In this document: piece after piece, positions 9,574-19,674 of the stretch | Layout of the letters: the number at the start of each line of letters is the position of its first letter | Numbering within the stretch: the first letter of the stretch is position 1 | Assembly (NCBI GenBank): GCA_944381175.1 | Contig: CALWKD010000004.1 | Coordinates: 154,192 to 218,191 of the forward strand | Direction: 5' to 3' | Length of the DNA: 64,000 nt | From: an uncultured Clostridia bacterium | GTDB taxonomy: Bacteria; Bacillota; Clostridia; Christensenellales; UBA1242 | Program-made: the position numbers and the translations under genes | Notes under the pieces: model-generated | Database searches by the model: none | What the model was told of the DNA's origin: nothing | What the model saw: the letters and a program-made list of their open reading frames with translations, nothing else

Positions 9574-10278
9574 ATGTTTAAAAAGAAAAACAAAATTTTG
9601 ACCTATCCGACTCACATCGCTTTTATTATGGACGGAAACAGGCGTTGGGCGACAGAGCGGGGGTTGAACAAAATGCTTGGGCACAAGCAGGGTGCTGTTG
9701 CGATGAAAAATATGATAAGCACCTTGGCGGAATATCCAGACATCCGATACGCATCATTCTTTGCTTTTTCCACTGAGAATTGGAACAGGGAACAATCTGA
9801 GATTGATTATCTGTTTGAATTGTGCTATGATTTTGTCGATGAATACAAAGAAAAGTTTGAGAATATGAATATCAAATTTGTCTCTATGGGAGATGTGACA
9901 AAATTTCCTGAAAAACTGCAAAATATTTTGATTAAAACTGCCGAAGAGACAAAAAATAACACTGGACTTGTGGTCAATTTTGCAATGAACTATGGTGGAA
10001 GGGACGACATTGTGCGTTCGGCAAACATCATTGCGGAGCGTGGTGAGAAAATAACCGTTGAGAATTTGAAAGAAAATCTCTATTCTGCACCTGCTCCAGA
10101 CATCGACCTTTTGATAAGGACAAGTGGAGAAATGAGGGTGTCGAATTTTATGCTTTATCAAATGGCTTACAGTGAATTTTATTTCACAAAGAAGCATTGG
10201 CCAGATTTTGATAAAAGAGAACTTGACAAGGCTTTGGTTGAGTTTTCAAAAAGAAACAGAAGATTTGGGGGAAAATAA
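9574..10278 (+). CDS. uppS: isoprenyl transferase (undecaprenyl diphosphate synthase)
   Basis: HIAFIMDGNRRWA, FAFSTENWNR, RTSGEMRVSNFMLYQ. Confidence 0.95.
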   Translation: MFKKKNKILTYPTHIAFIMDGNRRWATERGLNKMLGHKQGAVAMKNMISTLAEYPDIRYASFFAFSTENWNREQSEIDYLFELCYDFVDEYKEKFENMNIKFVSMGDVTKFPEKLQNILIKTAEETKNNTGLVVNFAMNYGGRDDIVRSANIIAERGEKITVENLKENLYSAPAPDIDLLIRTSGEMRVSNFMLYQMAYSEFYFTKKHWPDFDKRELDKALVEFSKRNRRFGGK

Positions 10279-10280
10279 TA

Positions 10281-11246
10281 ATGAAAAAAAGAGTTTACTC
10301 GTCTATTGTAATCGTCATCACACTTGCACTGCTTTTTGTGCTTAAAATCTTTGTGAGCGACTATTTCTTTGATGCTTTTTTTGCAATTTTGGCGTGCTTT
10401 GGATGTTATGAAATGTCGAAATTGTTCAGCAAAATGGGCTTTTACAACAATCAGTGGGTTGCTGTTGCAATGCCAGCATTCCTTTTGGTTGGGAATTTGA
10501 TTGGCGTTCACTTTGCAAGCACAACTGGCGATTTGTATTGGATTTTGTATACCATTTTGATTGATATTGGACTTATGCTTTTGGGCGGACTTTTGGTGTT
10601 TTTGCTCACTTATTGCAGAAGAAAACAGAAGATTTTGCACGAAATGACTGTCAGAGATGTGCCAAGTATGTCAATTTTGAAATTCTCTTTCAAAAAGACC
10701 TTGCACACTTGCATTTGTTTTGTTTATCCAGCATTTTTGTTCCTGTTCTTCATCCTTATAAACCACTTTAACGAACTTCCTCTTTCAAAATTGGAGGGAA
10801 TTTCTTCAAATGTGTCAGTGTTTGTGCTTCTCACAACTTTCCTTATTCCAATTTTCACCGACACTTTTGCTATGCTCACAGGCTCGGTCATTGGCGGGAA
10901 GAAACTCTGCCCAAGAATAAGCCCAGGAAAGACCATCTCTGGCTCTGTGGGTGGCGTGCTTTGGTGCGTGCTTTTTAGTGCTTGCGTATATCTTATTTTC
11001 GGGTGCATTGGCTCTTTTGAACCTTTTATGGAAATCTTTCCGATTTGGGCGTATTTGATTATTGCGTTTATAGGCTCAATTGTGGCTCAGGCTGGAGATT
11101 TGTTTGAGTCAATGTTGAAGCGTAGAGCGGGAGTTAAAGATAGTGGAAAGTTTTTGCCTGGACACGGTGGACTTTTGGACAGAGTGGACTCTCACATCTA
11201 TATGGCACCATACATTTTGCTTGCTTTCTTGATTTTCGCGGTTTAA
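10281..11246 (+). CDS. cdsA: phosphatidate cytidylyltransferase
   Basis: Multi-TM protein with C-terminal SMLKRRAGVKDSGKFLPGHGGLLDRVDS signature. Confidence 0.9.
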   Translation: MKKRVYSSIVIVITLALLFVLKIFVSDYFFDAFFAILACFGCYEMSKLFSKMGFYNNQWVAVAMPAFLLVGNLIGVHFASTTGDLYWILYTILIDIGLMLLGGLLVFLLTYCRRKQKILHEMTVRDVPSMSILKFSFKKTLHTCICFVYPAFLFLFFILINHFNELPLSKLEGISSNVSVFVLLTTFLIPIFTDTFAMLTGSVIGGKKLCPRISPGKTISGSVGGVLWCVLFSACVYLIFGCIGSFEPFMEIFPIWAYLIIAFIGSIVAQAGDLFESMLKRRAGVKDSGKFLPGHGGLLDRVDSHIYMAPYILLAFLIFAV

Positions 11247-11298
11247 ACCCTTTCTGCACTTAAACGAAAGAACGATAAAACTTTAAAAAGGACTTTGT

Positions 11299-12522
11299 AT
11301 GATAGCAGTCTACATTTTGCTTGCGATTGTCATTCTGCTCTTTATGATTTTGATGCACGAACTTGGACACTATATCGCGGGGAAAATACTCAAGTTTAAG
11401 ATTAACGAGTTTTCAATCGGTTTTGGTTTTCCAATCTTCTCCAAAACGAACAAAAAGACGGGGGAAAAGTTTTCTCTCCGTATTTTTCCATTGGGTGGAT
11501 ATTGTTCTTTTGACGGCGAGGACGGTGAAAATGACCAATCTCCAACTGCTTTCAACAAACAAAAACCTTGGAAGAGAATTATCGTTTTGCTTGGTGGCGT
11601 TACAATGAATTTTTTGACAGCCATAATCTTTTCGTGGATACTTTTGTCGACGATTGGTTATGATGTGCCACAAATTCAAAGATACAGTCAGGAGTACTTG
11701 AATCCTTATATGGAAGAGGATGTCATAACTCACATAAACGGCGAGAAGATTGATTTCGCATTCGGTGGAAATTATGTCACAATGGTGAACGAACAGCGTG
11801 CAAATGCACAGAAAAAGTATCAGGGTTGGATTGACGAATATTATGAATTGAACGAAGAGTATCCAACGCAAGAAGAACTTAATAAATATCTAAACGAGAC
11901 CACAGAAAGTGGAAACGGAAATTTTTACACTTTTGAGATGACCGTCAAGAGAAAAGCGGAAGAGGGGCAAAAAGTGGACCTTACAATCAAGGTCTATCCT
12001 GTCATCGTATTTGAGGATGTGACAGAGACGGCTGAGGACGGGAGCGAAGTTGTGACGCAGAAGCAACAACTCTATGTCTTTGTCGGACTTGAGAGTTCGG
12101 AAGATGAGACACCTTGCACAGTCGCATATGTTTACAACGCTTGGGAGGGCTTTTGTCGTTCCTTTGAAATGGCGTTTGGCTGGGCGTGGGTTGTGCTTAA
12201 GAGCCTTTGGATGCTGATTACTTTCCAAATTCCAATTACTCAAATGACTGGCACGATTGGCACAATCACGACGATTGCAACAATGGCATCGCAGTCACTT
12301 TCCTATCTTCTTATCTTCATTCCACTCATTGCGGCAAATCTTGCAATTTTCAATATTTTGCCAATTCCGTCTCTGGACGGGGCACATATTTTCTTTACGA
12401 TTATCGAGTGGATAAGGGGCAAGCCAATAAATCCAAAGGTGGAAAATATGATTCACTTTGTGGGGCTATGCGTGCTTCTGGGCTTTGTCGTCATAGTCGA
12501 CATTCTGCATTTCGTCTTGTGA
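11299..12522 (+). CDS. rseP: RIP (site-2) zinc metalloprotease
   Basis: HELGHY in the first TM helix and C-terminal NILPIPSLDG motif. The central PDZ-like region is divergent. Confidence 0.85.
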   Translation: MIAVYILLAIVILLFMILMHELGHYIAGKILKFKINEFSIGFGFPIFSKTNKKTGEKFSLRIFPLGGYCSFDGEDGENDQSPTAFNKQKPWKRIIVLLGGVTMNFLTAIIFSWILLSTIGYDVPQIQRYSQEYLNPYMEEDVITHINGEKIDFAFGGNYVTMVNEQRANAQKKYQGWIDEYYELNEEYPTQEELNKYLNETTESGNGNFYTFEMTVKRKAEEGQKVDLTIKVYPVIVFEDVTETAEDGSEVVTQKQQLYVFVGLESSEDETPCTVAYVYNAWEGFCRSFEMAFGWAWVVLKSLWMLITFQIPITQMTGTIGTITTIATMASQSLSYLLIFIPLIAANLAIFNILPIPSLDGAHIFFTIIEWIRGKPINPKVENMIHFVGLCVLLGFVVIVDILHFVL

Positions 12523-12534
12523 TAGGGAGAGAAA

Positions 12535-13083
12535 ATGGTTTACTTTTGGAGAGAAAAGAACGCGGAAAATTGTGCGGGGAAATGGAAAGTTGTTGAACCG
12601 ACGAGAGAAGAACTTGGGAAAGAACTTATTTTGAAAGTGGAGCAGAAACTTGGCAGAATTGATGCCGTTTTTGATAAAAAAGCACGCCTTGAATATTACA
12701 CGACTGACAAAAAACCGAAAAAATCTTTGGATGGACTTTCGGAAAAACAAATAATAAATTTGCTTGGAACGAGGGTTTCTGTCGATTTTGCACAACTCTA
12801 TTTCGACTTTTGCGACTTTTATGGTTTTGAGAAGCAAGAAGTGAAAAATGAATTTGAAAATCTCAATGTTTCAGACTTAAAAATTGAGGTTGAGAAGACA
12901 GTAAAAGACCTCAAAAATGGGAAAGGTTTGGTTTTTTCTGTCCAAAAACTCTTGATGACCGCGAAGCAAATTGCAAATCTCTGCGGGGCGACTTGGAAAG
13001 ATGTTTGCTTTTTGAGAGAACAGAAAGAAGAAGAGGAAGGGTCATTTTTTAAAGGGAAATATGTCTTTTGGGATGCTGAGTGA
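12535..13083 (+). CDS. hypothetical protein, 182 aa
   Basis: ORF with GGGAGAG SD, 12 nt after the rseP stop. No motif recognised. Confidence 0.55.
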   Translation: MVYFWREKNAENCAGKWKVVEPTREELGKELILKVEQKLGRIDAVFDKKARLEYYTTDKKPKKSLDGLSEKQIINLLGTRVSVDFAQLYFDFCDFYGFEKQEVKNEFENLNVSDLKIEVEKTVKDLKNGKGLVFSVQKLLMTAKQIANLCGATWKDVCFLREQKEEEEGSFFKGKYVFWDAE

Positions 13084-13094
13084 CATATAAAAAC

Positions 13095-13123
13095 TTGACA
13101 AATGTGACAAAATTTAATAGAAT
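13095..13123 (+). promoter_or_regulatory. sigmaA promoter with TSS predicted on ATG 13130 (leaderless candidate)
   Basis: TTGACA (13095-13100), 17-nt spacer, TAGAAT (13118-13123). ATG follows 7 nt later and there is no SD. Confidence 0.55.
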
Positions 13124-13129
13124 GGTCTT

Positions 13130-14668
13130 ATGAATTTTGAGGAAGAATTTTTGACTCAGTTTGGAGATACTTGCAAAGACCTTCAGTTGCAAAGTGTTAT
13201 GGTGAAGAAGAGTGATGGCGTTTGCACCATAACTTTTTTGTCGCCTTCCACCGCGAAAGAGTTGAGTGATGAGCAAAAGCAAGAAATTGTGGAGTTTTTG
13301 AAGGAGAGACTCGCTCTTGAACATTTAAGTCTGAAAGTCAAATTTAGGCGTGCGTATGTGGAAGAAAAATTGATAAGAAAAGCGATTGTGGAATTTTTTG
13401 CCAACAAATACAAGCTCATTTCGGCTTATCTTCACGACGAGAGTTTTGTGATTGAAATTAGCCCAATTGATGTGCTTGTGAAAATTGTTGTGAGTGCGAG
13501 ACTTGAAAATTTCTTTTTGGAGCACAAAATCACAGCGGAACTTGCAAAGTATCTCAAAGAAAACTTTTTGGCAGAGTTTGTTGTGACGCTTGAGATAAGC
13601 GAAAAAATTGTGGATGAAGTTGACATCGAAAATGTTGAGATTAAGGCGACATACAAGCCTGTTAAAAGATATTCGGTGGAGATTGTCAAAGAGTGCATCG
13701 GCAGTGGCATCCAGCCCAAACCAGAATACATCTCAAACATCAAATCGCCAAAAACTGGCGTGATTGTCGCTGGGTTTATAAGCAAACTCACAAGGCACGA
13801 CTTTGTGAGAAAAACGGGGACAAAGGCTGGCACAGAGGGCGTTTTTTACACCTTTGAAGTTGAGGACGAAAAGGGAAAAATTGATTGCATAATCTTCTGC
13901 TCAAAGTCAAAACTCAAAGAAATGGACGCTCTTGAGGACTTTATGTATATGCTTTTGCACGGCGATGTTGAGAAAAACAAATTTTCTGGAAAATTGACTT
14001 TAAAAGTGGACAAAATGGCACTTGCAAGCAAGGTTATTGAGGTGGAGAAAGAATCACAACCAAAGAAAACAATTTCCTCTGACGTCGTGGTTAAGGTGGA
14101 AAAACTTACCACTTTGTCGCAAGATGATATGTTTGGAAGCAAGGTGGAATACAACGACAACATCAAAGACAAGTCAATCGTGGTGTTCGATTTGGAAACA
14201 ACTGGGCTTGATGTCGACAATGACCAAATCACAGAAATCGGTGCTGTGAAGATTGTTGACGGAGAGATTAAGGAGAAATTTTCCACGCTTGTCAAACCTA
14301 CGATTGAAATCTCGCGAGAGGTCACAAAAGTCACAGGAATCACAAATGAAATGGTGGCGGACGCTCCAGGGATTGAGTATGTCATACGAGATTTCTATGA
14401 ATTTACGAGAGGGTGCATCGTATGTGGACACAATGTCATCGGCTTCGACTGGAGATTTATCAAAAGGTATGGGCAGGAAAATGGCTATAATTTTGATAAT
14501 GAGACCATTGACACTCTGCTGCTTGCGAGAAAGAGCGGGCTTAAGGTGACAAACTACAAACTTGGCACGATTGTCAAGTATCTCGGTTTGACTCTGGAAG
14601 GGGCTCACAGAGCGTGGAACGACGCTTATGCAACCGCTCAGGTCTTGTTGAAAATCAGCGAAAAGTGA
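13130..14668 (+). CDS. PolC-derived protein: PolC-like N-domain + OB fold + DEDDh 3'-5' exonuclease, with no PHP or polymerase domains
   Basis: ExoI VVFDLETTGL, ExoII GHNVIGFDWRF, ExoIII HRAWNDAYATAQV. DAPGIEYVIRDFYEF resembles B. subtilis PolC DAPDVVDVIRDFREW. An OB-like segment (GVIVAGFISK...KLTLKVDKM) lies upstream. The protein ends about 12 aa after ExoIII. Confidence 0.75.
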   Translation: MNFEEEFLTQFGDTCKDLQLQSVMVKKSDGVCTITFLSPSTAKELSDEQKQEIVEFLKERLALEHLSLKVKFRRAYVEEKLIRKAIVEFFANKYKLISAYLHDESFVIEISPIDVLVKIVVSARLENFFLEHKITAELAKYLKENFLAEFVVTLEISEKIVDEVDIENVEIKATYKPVKRYSVEIVKECIGSGIQPKPEYISNIKSPKTGVIVAGFISKLTRHDFVRKTGTKAGTEGVFYTFEVEDEKGKIDCIIFCSKSKLKEMDALEDFMYMLLHGDVEKNKFSGKLTLKVDKMALASKVIEVEKESQPKKTISSDVVVKVEKLTTLSQDDMFGSKVEYNDNIKDKSIVVFDLETTGLDVDNDQITEIGAVKIVDGEIKEKFSTLVKPTIEISREVTKVTGITNEMVADAPGIEYVIRDFYEFTRGCIVCGHNVIGFDWRFIKRYGQENGYNFDNETIDTLLLARKSGLKVTNYKLGTIVKYLGLTLEGAHRAWNDAYATAQVLLKISEK

Positions 14669-14759
14669 CGGGCGAGCCTGATTTTGTGCCGTGTGAGTGT
14701 GTTTTCGTGATTTTTTCTTTAAAAAATTGAGTTTTTGCGATAAAATTATTGAAAAAGCC

Positions 14760-14788
14760 TTGATTTTTAAATCTTATTGGTCTATAAT
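14760..14788 (+). promoter_or_regulatory. sigmaA promoter of rimP-nusA-infB operon
   Basis: TTGATT (14760-14765), 17-nt spacer, TATAAT (14783-14788). Confidence 0.7.
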
Positions 14789-14804
14789 AATTGTATCTTG
14801 ACGA

Positions 14805-14840
14805 GGAGTGAGCAAAAAATCTTTGCTCACTCCTTGTGTT
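14805..14840 (+). promoter_or_regulatory. leader hairpin / terminator-like attenuator upstream of rimP
   Basis: Perfect 12-bp stem GGAGTGAGCAAA / TTTGCTCACTCC with a 5-nt loop, followed by the interrupted T tract TTGTGTT. Confidence 0.5.
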
Positions 14841-14863
14841 AAGTGGACATTTTGGAGGAGTTT

Positions 14864-15322
14864 ATGGCAAAAATAAAACAAATCTGTGAAGAAAAACTCA
14901 AACCTGTGATTGAAGAAATGGGGTATGAACTCGTTGATGTGAGTTATGAAAAAGAAAATGGCGGGATGAGTTTGATTTTCACAATCGACAAGGAAGACGG
15001 GGTCACAATTGACGATTGCGAAATTGTAAACAAAAAAATTGACCCATTGCTTGACGAAATCAATCCAACTGATGACAAACCTTACACTTTGGTGGTGAGT
15101 TCTCCAGGACTTGACAGACCAATCAAAACTGACCGAGACCTTAAAAGAGTGCTTGGCAAAGAGGTTGAGATTACGCTCTTTTCAAAACTGAGCGGAAAGA
15201 AAAATTTCAAAGGCGTGCTGAAATCGTATGACGAGAAGACGGTCACTGTTGAAATTGACAAAAACGAGACCACTTTTGAGCGAGACAAGATTGCAATGAT
15301 GAAACTGGTCATTGTTTTCTAA
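14864..15322 (+). CDS. rimP: ribosome maturation factor RimP
   Basis: GYELVDV, VSSPGLDRPIK. GGAGGAG SD before ATG 14864. Confidence 0.9.
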   Translation: MAKIKQICEEKLKPVIEEMGYELVDVSYEKENGGMSLIFTIDKEDGVTIDDCEIVNKKIDPLLDEINPTDDKPYTLVVSSPGLDRPIKTDRDLKRVLGKEVEITLFSKLSGKKNFKGVLKSYDEKTVTVEIDKNETTFERDKIAMMKLVIVF

Positions 15323-15382
15323 AGATTTGGCGAGTTTGCCGACTTAAAGAATCCAATTACAAACAAATTAAGGAGAAATTAA

Positions 15383-16558
15383 ATGGTTAATAAAGATTTT
15401 TTCAAGGCACTTGATGACCTTGAAGCAGAAAAGAAAATCGACAAGGAGACTTTTATCCAAACACTTGAGACCGCTCTCACTTCTGCTTACAAGAAGATGT
15501 ATGGCGAGGCTAAGTCTGCTATGGTGAAACTCTATCCAGAGAAAAACACTATCAGAATTTATTCTTACAAGACTGTGGTTGACGAAGTGACCGACCCAGA
15601 CAAAGAGATTGACTTAAACGAAGCAAGGACAATCAAAAAATCTTACAAAGTGGGAGATATTGTTGCGGTTGAGGAGTCAACAAAGGACTTTGGAAGAATC
15701 GCTGCACAAACTGCAAAGCAAGTTGTTATGCAGAAACTTCGTGAAATGGAAAGACAGACCGCAATCAGTGAACTTTCAGAGAAAGAGGACGAACTTTTGA
15801 CCACAATCGTGAAGCGTATTGACGGCGACAATGTTTACGTTCAAATTCCAGGGACAAACACTGAAGGCGTTATGATGAAAAACGACCAAATTCCAGGCGA
15901 CAAGTTTAATGTCGGCGACAGGGTTAAGGTTTACGTGAAGAAGATTAAGGACTCCTTCAAAGGCCCACAAATTCAAGTTTCAAGAAGCAACATTGGTTTC
16001 CTTAGAAAACTCTTTGAACTTGAAGTGCCAGAAATCGCAAGCGGAGATGTTAAAATCAAAAACATTGCCCGCGACGCTGGAAACAGAGCAAAAGTTGCGG
16101 TTTACACCGACAGACCAAATGTCGATGCAATCGGGGCTTGCGTCGGAAATCGTGGAACAAGAATAAACACTATCGTGAACGAACTTAACGGCGAAAAAAT
16201 CGACCTTGTGGAATACTCAGACGACCCACTTGAATATATTGCAAGAGCATTGAGCCCAGCGAAAGTGTTGTCAGTTGAGACGAACGACAGTTTGAATATG
16301 TCTCAGGTCATTGTTCCAGACGACAAGTTGTCACTTGCGATTGGAAAGGGCGGACAGAATGTTCGACTTGCTGCAAAACTCACTGGTTGGAAGATTGATG
16401 TTAAGCCAGAAAGTTACATCAAACCTGCCAAGTCATCTGAAGAGACAGAGGATGTTGAGTATGAACTTACCGAACTTTCTGACGACAACTCTTTCGACAC
16501 TATGAGTGACCTTGAGGAACTTGAACCTATTGACGGTGATGAGTTTCCAGAAATTTAA
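15383..16558 (+). CDS. nusA: transcription termination/antitermination factor NusA
   Basis: S1 domain plus two KH domains (GACVGNRGTRI, AIGKGGQNVRLA) and an acidic C-terminal tail. Confidence 0.95.
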   Translation: MVNKDFFKALDDLEAEKKIDKETFIQTLETALTSAYKKMYGEAKSAMVKLYPEKNTIRIYSYKTVVDEVTDPDKEIDLNEARTIKKSYKVGDIVAVEESTKDFGRIAAQTAKQVVMQKLREMERQTAISELSEKEDELLTTIVKRIDGDNVYVQIPGTNTEGVMMKNDQIPGDKFNVGDRVKVYVKKIKDSFKGPQIQVSRSNIGFLRKLFELEVPEIASGDVKIKNIARDAGNRAKVAVYTDRPNVDAIGACVGNRGTRINTIVNELNGEKIDLVEYSDDPLEYIARALSPAKVLSVETNDSLNMSQVIVPDDKLSLAIGKGGQNVRLAAKLTGWKIDVKPESYIKPAKSSEETEDVEYELTELSDDNSFDTMSDLEELEPIDGDEFPEI

Positions 16559-16561
16559 TTT

Positions 16562-16837
16562 ATGAGGGGTTTTATGCAAAATAAACCGAAAGAAAAGATT
16601 CGTATGTGCATCGTTTGTCGCAGTCAAAGTGACAAGAAGACGCTCCTGCGAATTGTGAAAAACAAAGACGGCGAAATCTTTGTCGACAAGACAGGAAAGG
16701 CAAACGGCAGAGGGGCATATGTTTGCAAAACAAAGGAGTGTTTCCAAAAACTTTGCAGGCAGAAAGCGTTGAACAGAGCCTTCAAGTGTGATGTTCCTAT
16801 GGAAGTTTACCAAAAAATTGGAGAGGAATTTGAATAG
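16562..16837 (+). CDS. ylxR: YlxR/RnpM family RNA-binding protein (DUF448)
   Basis: RMCIVCR...LLRIV...GKANGRGAYVC pattern. Located between nusA and the L7Ae-like gene. Confidence 0.85.
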   Translation: MRGFMQNKPKEKIRMCIVCRSQSDKKTLLRIVKNKDGEIFVDKTGKANGRGAYVCKTKECFQKLCRQKALNRAFKCDVPMEVYQKIGEEFE

Positions 16838-17117
16838 ACTTAAGGGATTGATTTCAATAGCAAGAAAGGCGGGATTTGTCATCATCGGCAAGGACAATTT
16901 GGCTTCTTACAGGAAAAAATTGTATCTTGTCTTGCTTGACAAAACCGCTGGAAATTCACTTCTTAGAGACGTGAACTTCATTTCTGAAAACAGAAACATT
17001 CCAATTCTTGAGGTGGAGAACTTGGCAGAGGTGGTTGGAATAGAAAACTGCAAGGTTATAGGCTTGAAAAATAAAGCAATGAGCGAAAATATTGAAAAAT
17101 GTCTAAAAGGAGAGTAA
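16830..17117 (+). CDS. ylxQ: L7Ae-family ribosome-associated protein YlxQ
   Basis: LISIARKAGFVIIGKDN pattern. TTG start at 16830 with GGAGAGG SD; overlaps the ylxR stop by 8 nt. Confidence 0.75.
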   Translation: MNRLKGLISIARKAGFVIIGKDNLASYRKKLYLVLLDKTAGNSLLRDVNFISENRNIPILEVENLAEVVGIENCKVIGLKNKAMSENIEKCLKGE

Positions 17118-17118
17118 T

Positions 17119-19674
17119 TTGGCAACACAACAACTTAACGCACTTAAAACAATCAACAACATACAAAGAGACGGCTCTTTGCAAGATTTATTATTGTCTA
17201 TAAAGCAATCGAAAGTTGACATCGACAACTTCTCGAAGAGTGTCCAAGAGCAAAAATCAAAACTTCAAGCAAAGGCGAGAGAGGCTGAGAAGGAACTTGC
17301 CAAACAGAAGCAAGAAGCAAAGGTTGAGCCTGCAGAGAAAAAGGAAGAGACCACTGTGTCTGTTAAGGAAGAAAAGACGGAAGCACCTAAGAAAGAGGTG
17401 TTTGGTCAAGGCGGAAACCAAAACAACAATTTTCGTAAATTTGATGACCACTCTTCAAACAACAGAAATCAAAACAGAACAAATCAAGGACCTTTTAGAC
17501 AAAACGGACAAGGGCAAGCCTTCGGAAACAAATTCCAACAAAGAAATGGCGGGAATTTCAATGCAAACCGTCCAAATGGTCAATTTAATAGGGCGGGGCA
17601 GAACCAAAACGGACAAAACAGACAAAAAAACAACGCATTTGTCTCCACAAAGGCAAACGGTTTCAAGTCGTTTGCATCGCAACCTACGGAGAGCAGTTCA
17701 GTTCTTGCCCAACCTGAAAGAAATTTTGGAAACAAAAACAAACAAAGAAGAAATATTGACGAGACAAAAAAGGTTTCTGCAAGGGCTAGAGCAAGTTTTT
17801 CAAAACAAAACAACAACATCATTGTTATGGATGACAACGGCATTGAAGAGACCACAATGGGCTCAAGAAAATTGATAAAGAAAAAGAAAGAGACTGCCGT
17901 GGTGGTTGCTCCGCAAATAACTCACGCTGTCATCAATTCAAGAGAAATCACTGTCAAGGAATTGAGCGAGAAGATTGGGAAACCAGTCTCTGAGATTGTC
18001 AAGAAACTTATGCTTCTTGGAATTATGGCGACGATAAACAGCACTATTGATTTCGACACTTGCGAACTTGTTGCAAGCGAACTTGGCGTCACGCTGGAAC
18101 TCAAACTTGACAAGACCTATGAAGAGCAACTCATTGACAAGTCGACTGAGGTTGACGACGAGAAAAACCTCGTTAAGCGTCCTCCTGTTGTCACTGTTAT
18201 GGGGCACGTTGACCACGGGAAAACATCCTTGCTTGACGCATTCAGAAAGACAAATGTTGTGCTTGGAGAGGCTGGCGGAATCACGCAAAAGATTGGTGCT
18301 TATCAGATTTCTTTCAATGGCGAAAAAATCACCTTTATCGACACTCCTGGGCACGCAGCCTTCACTGCAATGCGTGCAAGAGGAGCAGAGGTCACAGATA
18401 TTGCAATTTTGGTTGTTGCGGCTGATGACGGAATTATGCCTCAGACAGTTGAAGCGATAAATCACATCAAGGCGGCAAAAGTGCCGATGATTGTTGCCAT
18501 AAACAAAATGGATAAACCAGAGGCAAATCCAGACAGAGTTAAACAACAACTCACTGAGCACGGAATCCTTCCTGAAGAGTGGGGTGGAGATGCAATTTGT
18601 GTTCCGATTTCGGCAAAGACAGGAATGGGGCTTGACGAACTTAAGAAAATGATTTTGCTTGTCGCTGAAATGGAGGATCTCAAAGCAAATCCAAACAAGA
18701 AAGCTACGGGAACAATCATTGAGGCAGAACTTGACAAGGCTCGCGGACCTGTTGCGACTGTTTTGGTGCAAAACGGAACTTTGAAGATTGGCGATTCAAT
18801 TATCTCGGGAATCACTTACGGAAAAGTCAAGGCGATGTTTGACGAAAATGGCAAATCGGTTAAAAAGGCTGGTCCATCAACTCCTGTTGCTGTTATGGGC
18901 TTCAACGATGTTCCAAATTCTGGTGATGCCGTTTATGCTGTTGATGAAAATTTGTCAAAACAAGTCATCAATGAAAGAATAAACAAAATCAAACAAGAGA
19001 GGGCAAAACATACCTCTGGTGTGAGCGCAGACGACTTTATGAACAGAATCCACGAGGGCAATTTGAAGAATTTGAATGTCATCATCAAGGCTGACACTCA
19101 AGGCTCGGTTGAGGCACTTAAAGCATCACTTGAGGCAATCAGAAATGATGAAGTTAAGGTTGTCTGTATACACAGCGGTGCAGGTGGAATCACTGAAAGT
19201 GATTTGGTGCTTGCTCAGACAACAGGCTCTGTTGTCGTTGTGTTCAACTTGAAGACGCCAAGCAAAATGCTTCAAATGGCAGACAGTCTCAAGGTGGAAC
19301 TGATTGAGTCCAAGATTATTTATGAAGTGGTAGACCAAATCACAAGACTCTCAAAGGGAATGATGGCAATTAAATATGAAGAAAAATATGTCGGTAAGGC
19401 AGAAATCAGAATGGTTTTCAAACTCTCTTCTGCTGGAAAAGTTGCGGGAAGTTATGTACTTGACGGAAAGATTCAAAGAAATGCAATCGCAAAAGTTAAG
19501 CGCGGAGATGAACTGCTCGACGACACAGTGATTGAATCTTTGAAGATTGTCAAAGATGAAAAGAGCGAAGTTGCAAAAGGATTTGAGTGCGGAATTAAAC
19601 TCCGTGACAACATCAATTTCCAAGAAGGCGATATAATTGAGTGTTACATCAAACAAGAAGTTAAAAGAGATTAG
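17119..19674 (+). CDS. infB: translation initiation factor IF-2
   Basis: TTG start after AAAGGAGAG SD. GTPase motifs [20 protein letters not shown]-rich low-complexity N-terminal region. Confidence 0.95.
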   Translation: MATQQLNALKTINNIQRDGSLQDLLLSIKQSKVDIDNFSKSVQEQKSKLQAKAREAEKELAKQKQEAKVEPAEKKEETTVSVKEEKTEAPKKEVFGQGGNQNNNFRKFDDHSSNNRNQNRTNQGPFRQNGQGQAFGNKFQQRNGGNFNANRPNGQFNRAGQNQNGQNRQKNNAFVSTKANGFKSFASQPTESSSVLAQPERNFGNKNKQRRNIDETKKVSARARASFSKQNNNIIVMDDNGIEETTMGSRKLIKKKKETAVVVAPQITHAVINSREITVKELSEKIGKPVSEIVKKLMLLGIMATINSTIDFDTCELVASELGVTLELKLDKTYEEQLIDKSTEVDDEKNLVKRPPVVTVMGHVDHGKTSLLDAFRKTNVVLGEAGGITQKIGAYQISFNGEKITFIDTPGHAAFTAMRARGAEVTDIAILVVAADDGIMPQTVEAINHIKAAKVPMIVAINKMDKPEANPDRVKQQLTEHGILPEEWGGDAICVPISAKTGMGLDELKKMILLVAEMEDLKANPNKKATGTIIEAELDKARGPVATVLVQNGTLKIGDSIISGITYGKVKAMFDENGKSVKKAGPSTPVAVMGFNDVPNSGDAVYAVDENLSKQVINERINKIKQERAKHTSGVSADDFMNRIHEGNLKNLNVIIKADTQGSVEALKASLEAIRNDEVKVVCIHSGAGGITESDLVLAQTTGSVVVVFNLKTPSKMLQMADSLKVELIESKIIYEVVDQITRLSKGMMAIKYEEKYVGKAEIRMVFKLSSAGKVAGSYVLDGKIQRNAIAKVKRGDELLDDTVIESLKIVKDEKSEVAKGFECGIKLRDNINFQEGDIIECYIKQEVKRD

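Noticed and set aside
8944-9684. 246-aa ORF antisense to frr and uppS
   Set aside because: It lies entirely opposite two confidently identified conserved genes. It has no SD or promoter, and its composition is a low-complexity mirror of the sense codons.
17216-18771. 219-aa K/R-rich alternative-frame ORF and 277-aa antisense ORF within infB
   Set aside because: Both are explained by the Q/N/K-rich codon repeats and the codon bias of infB. Neither has independent signals.
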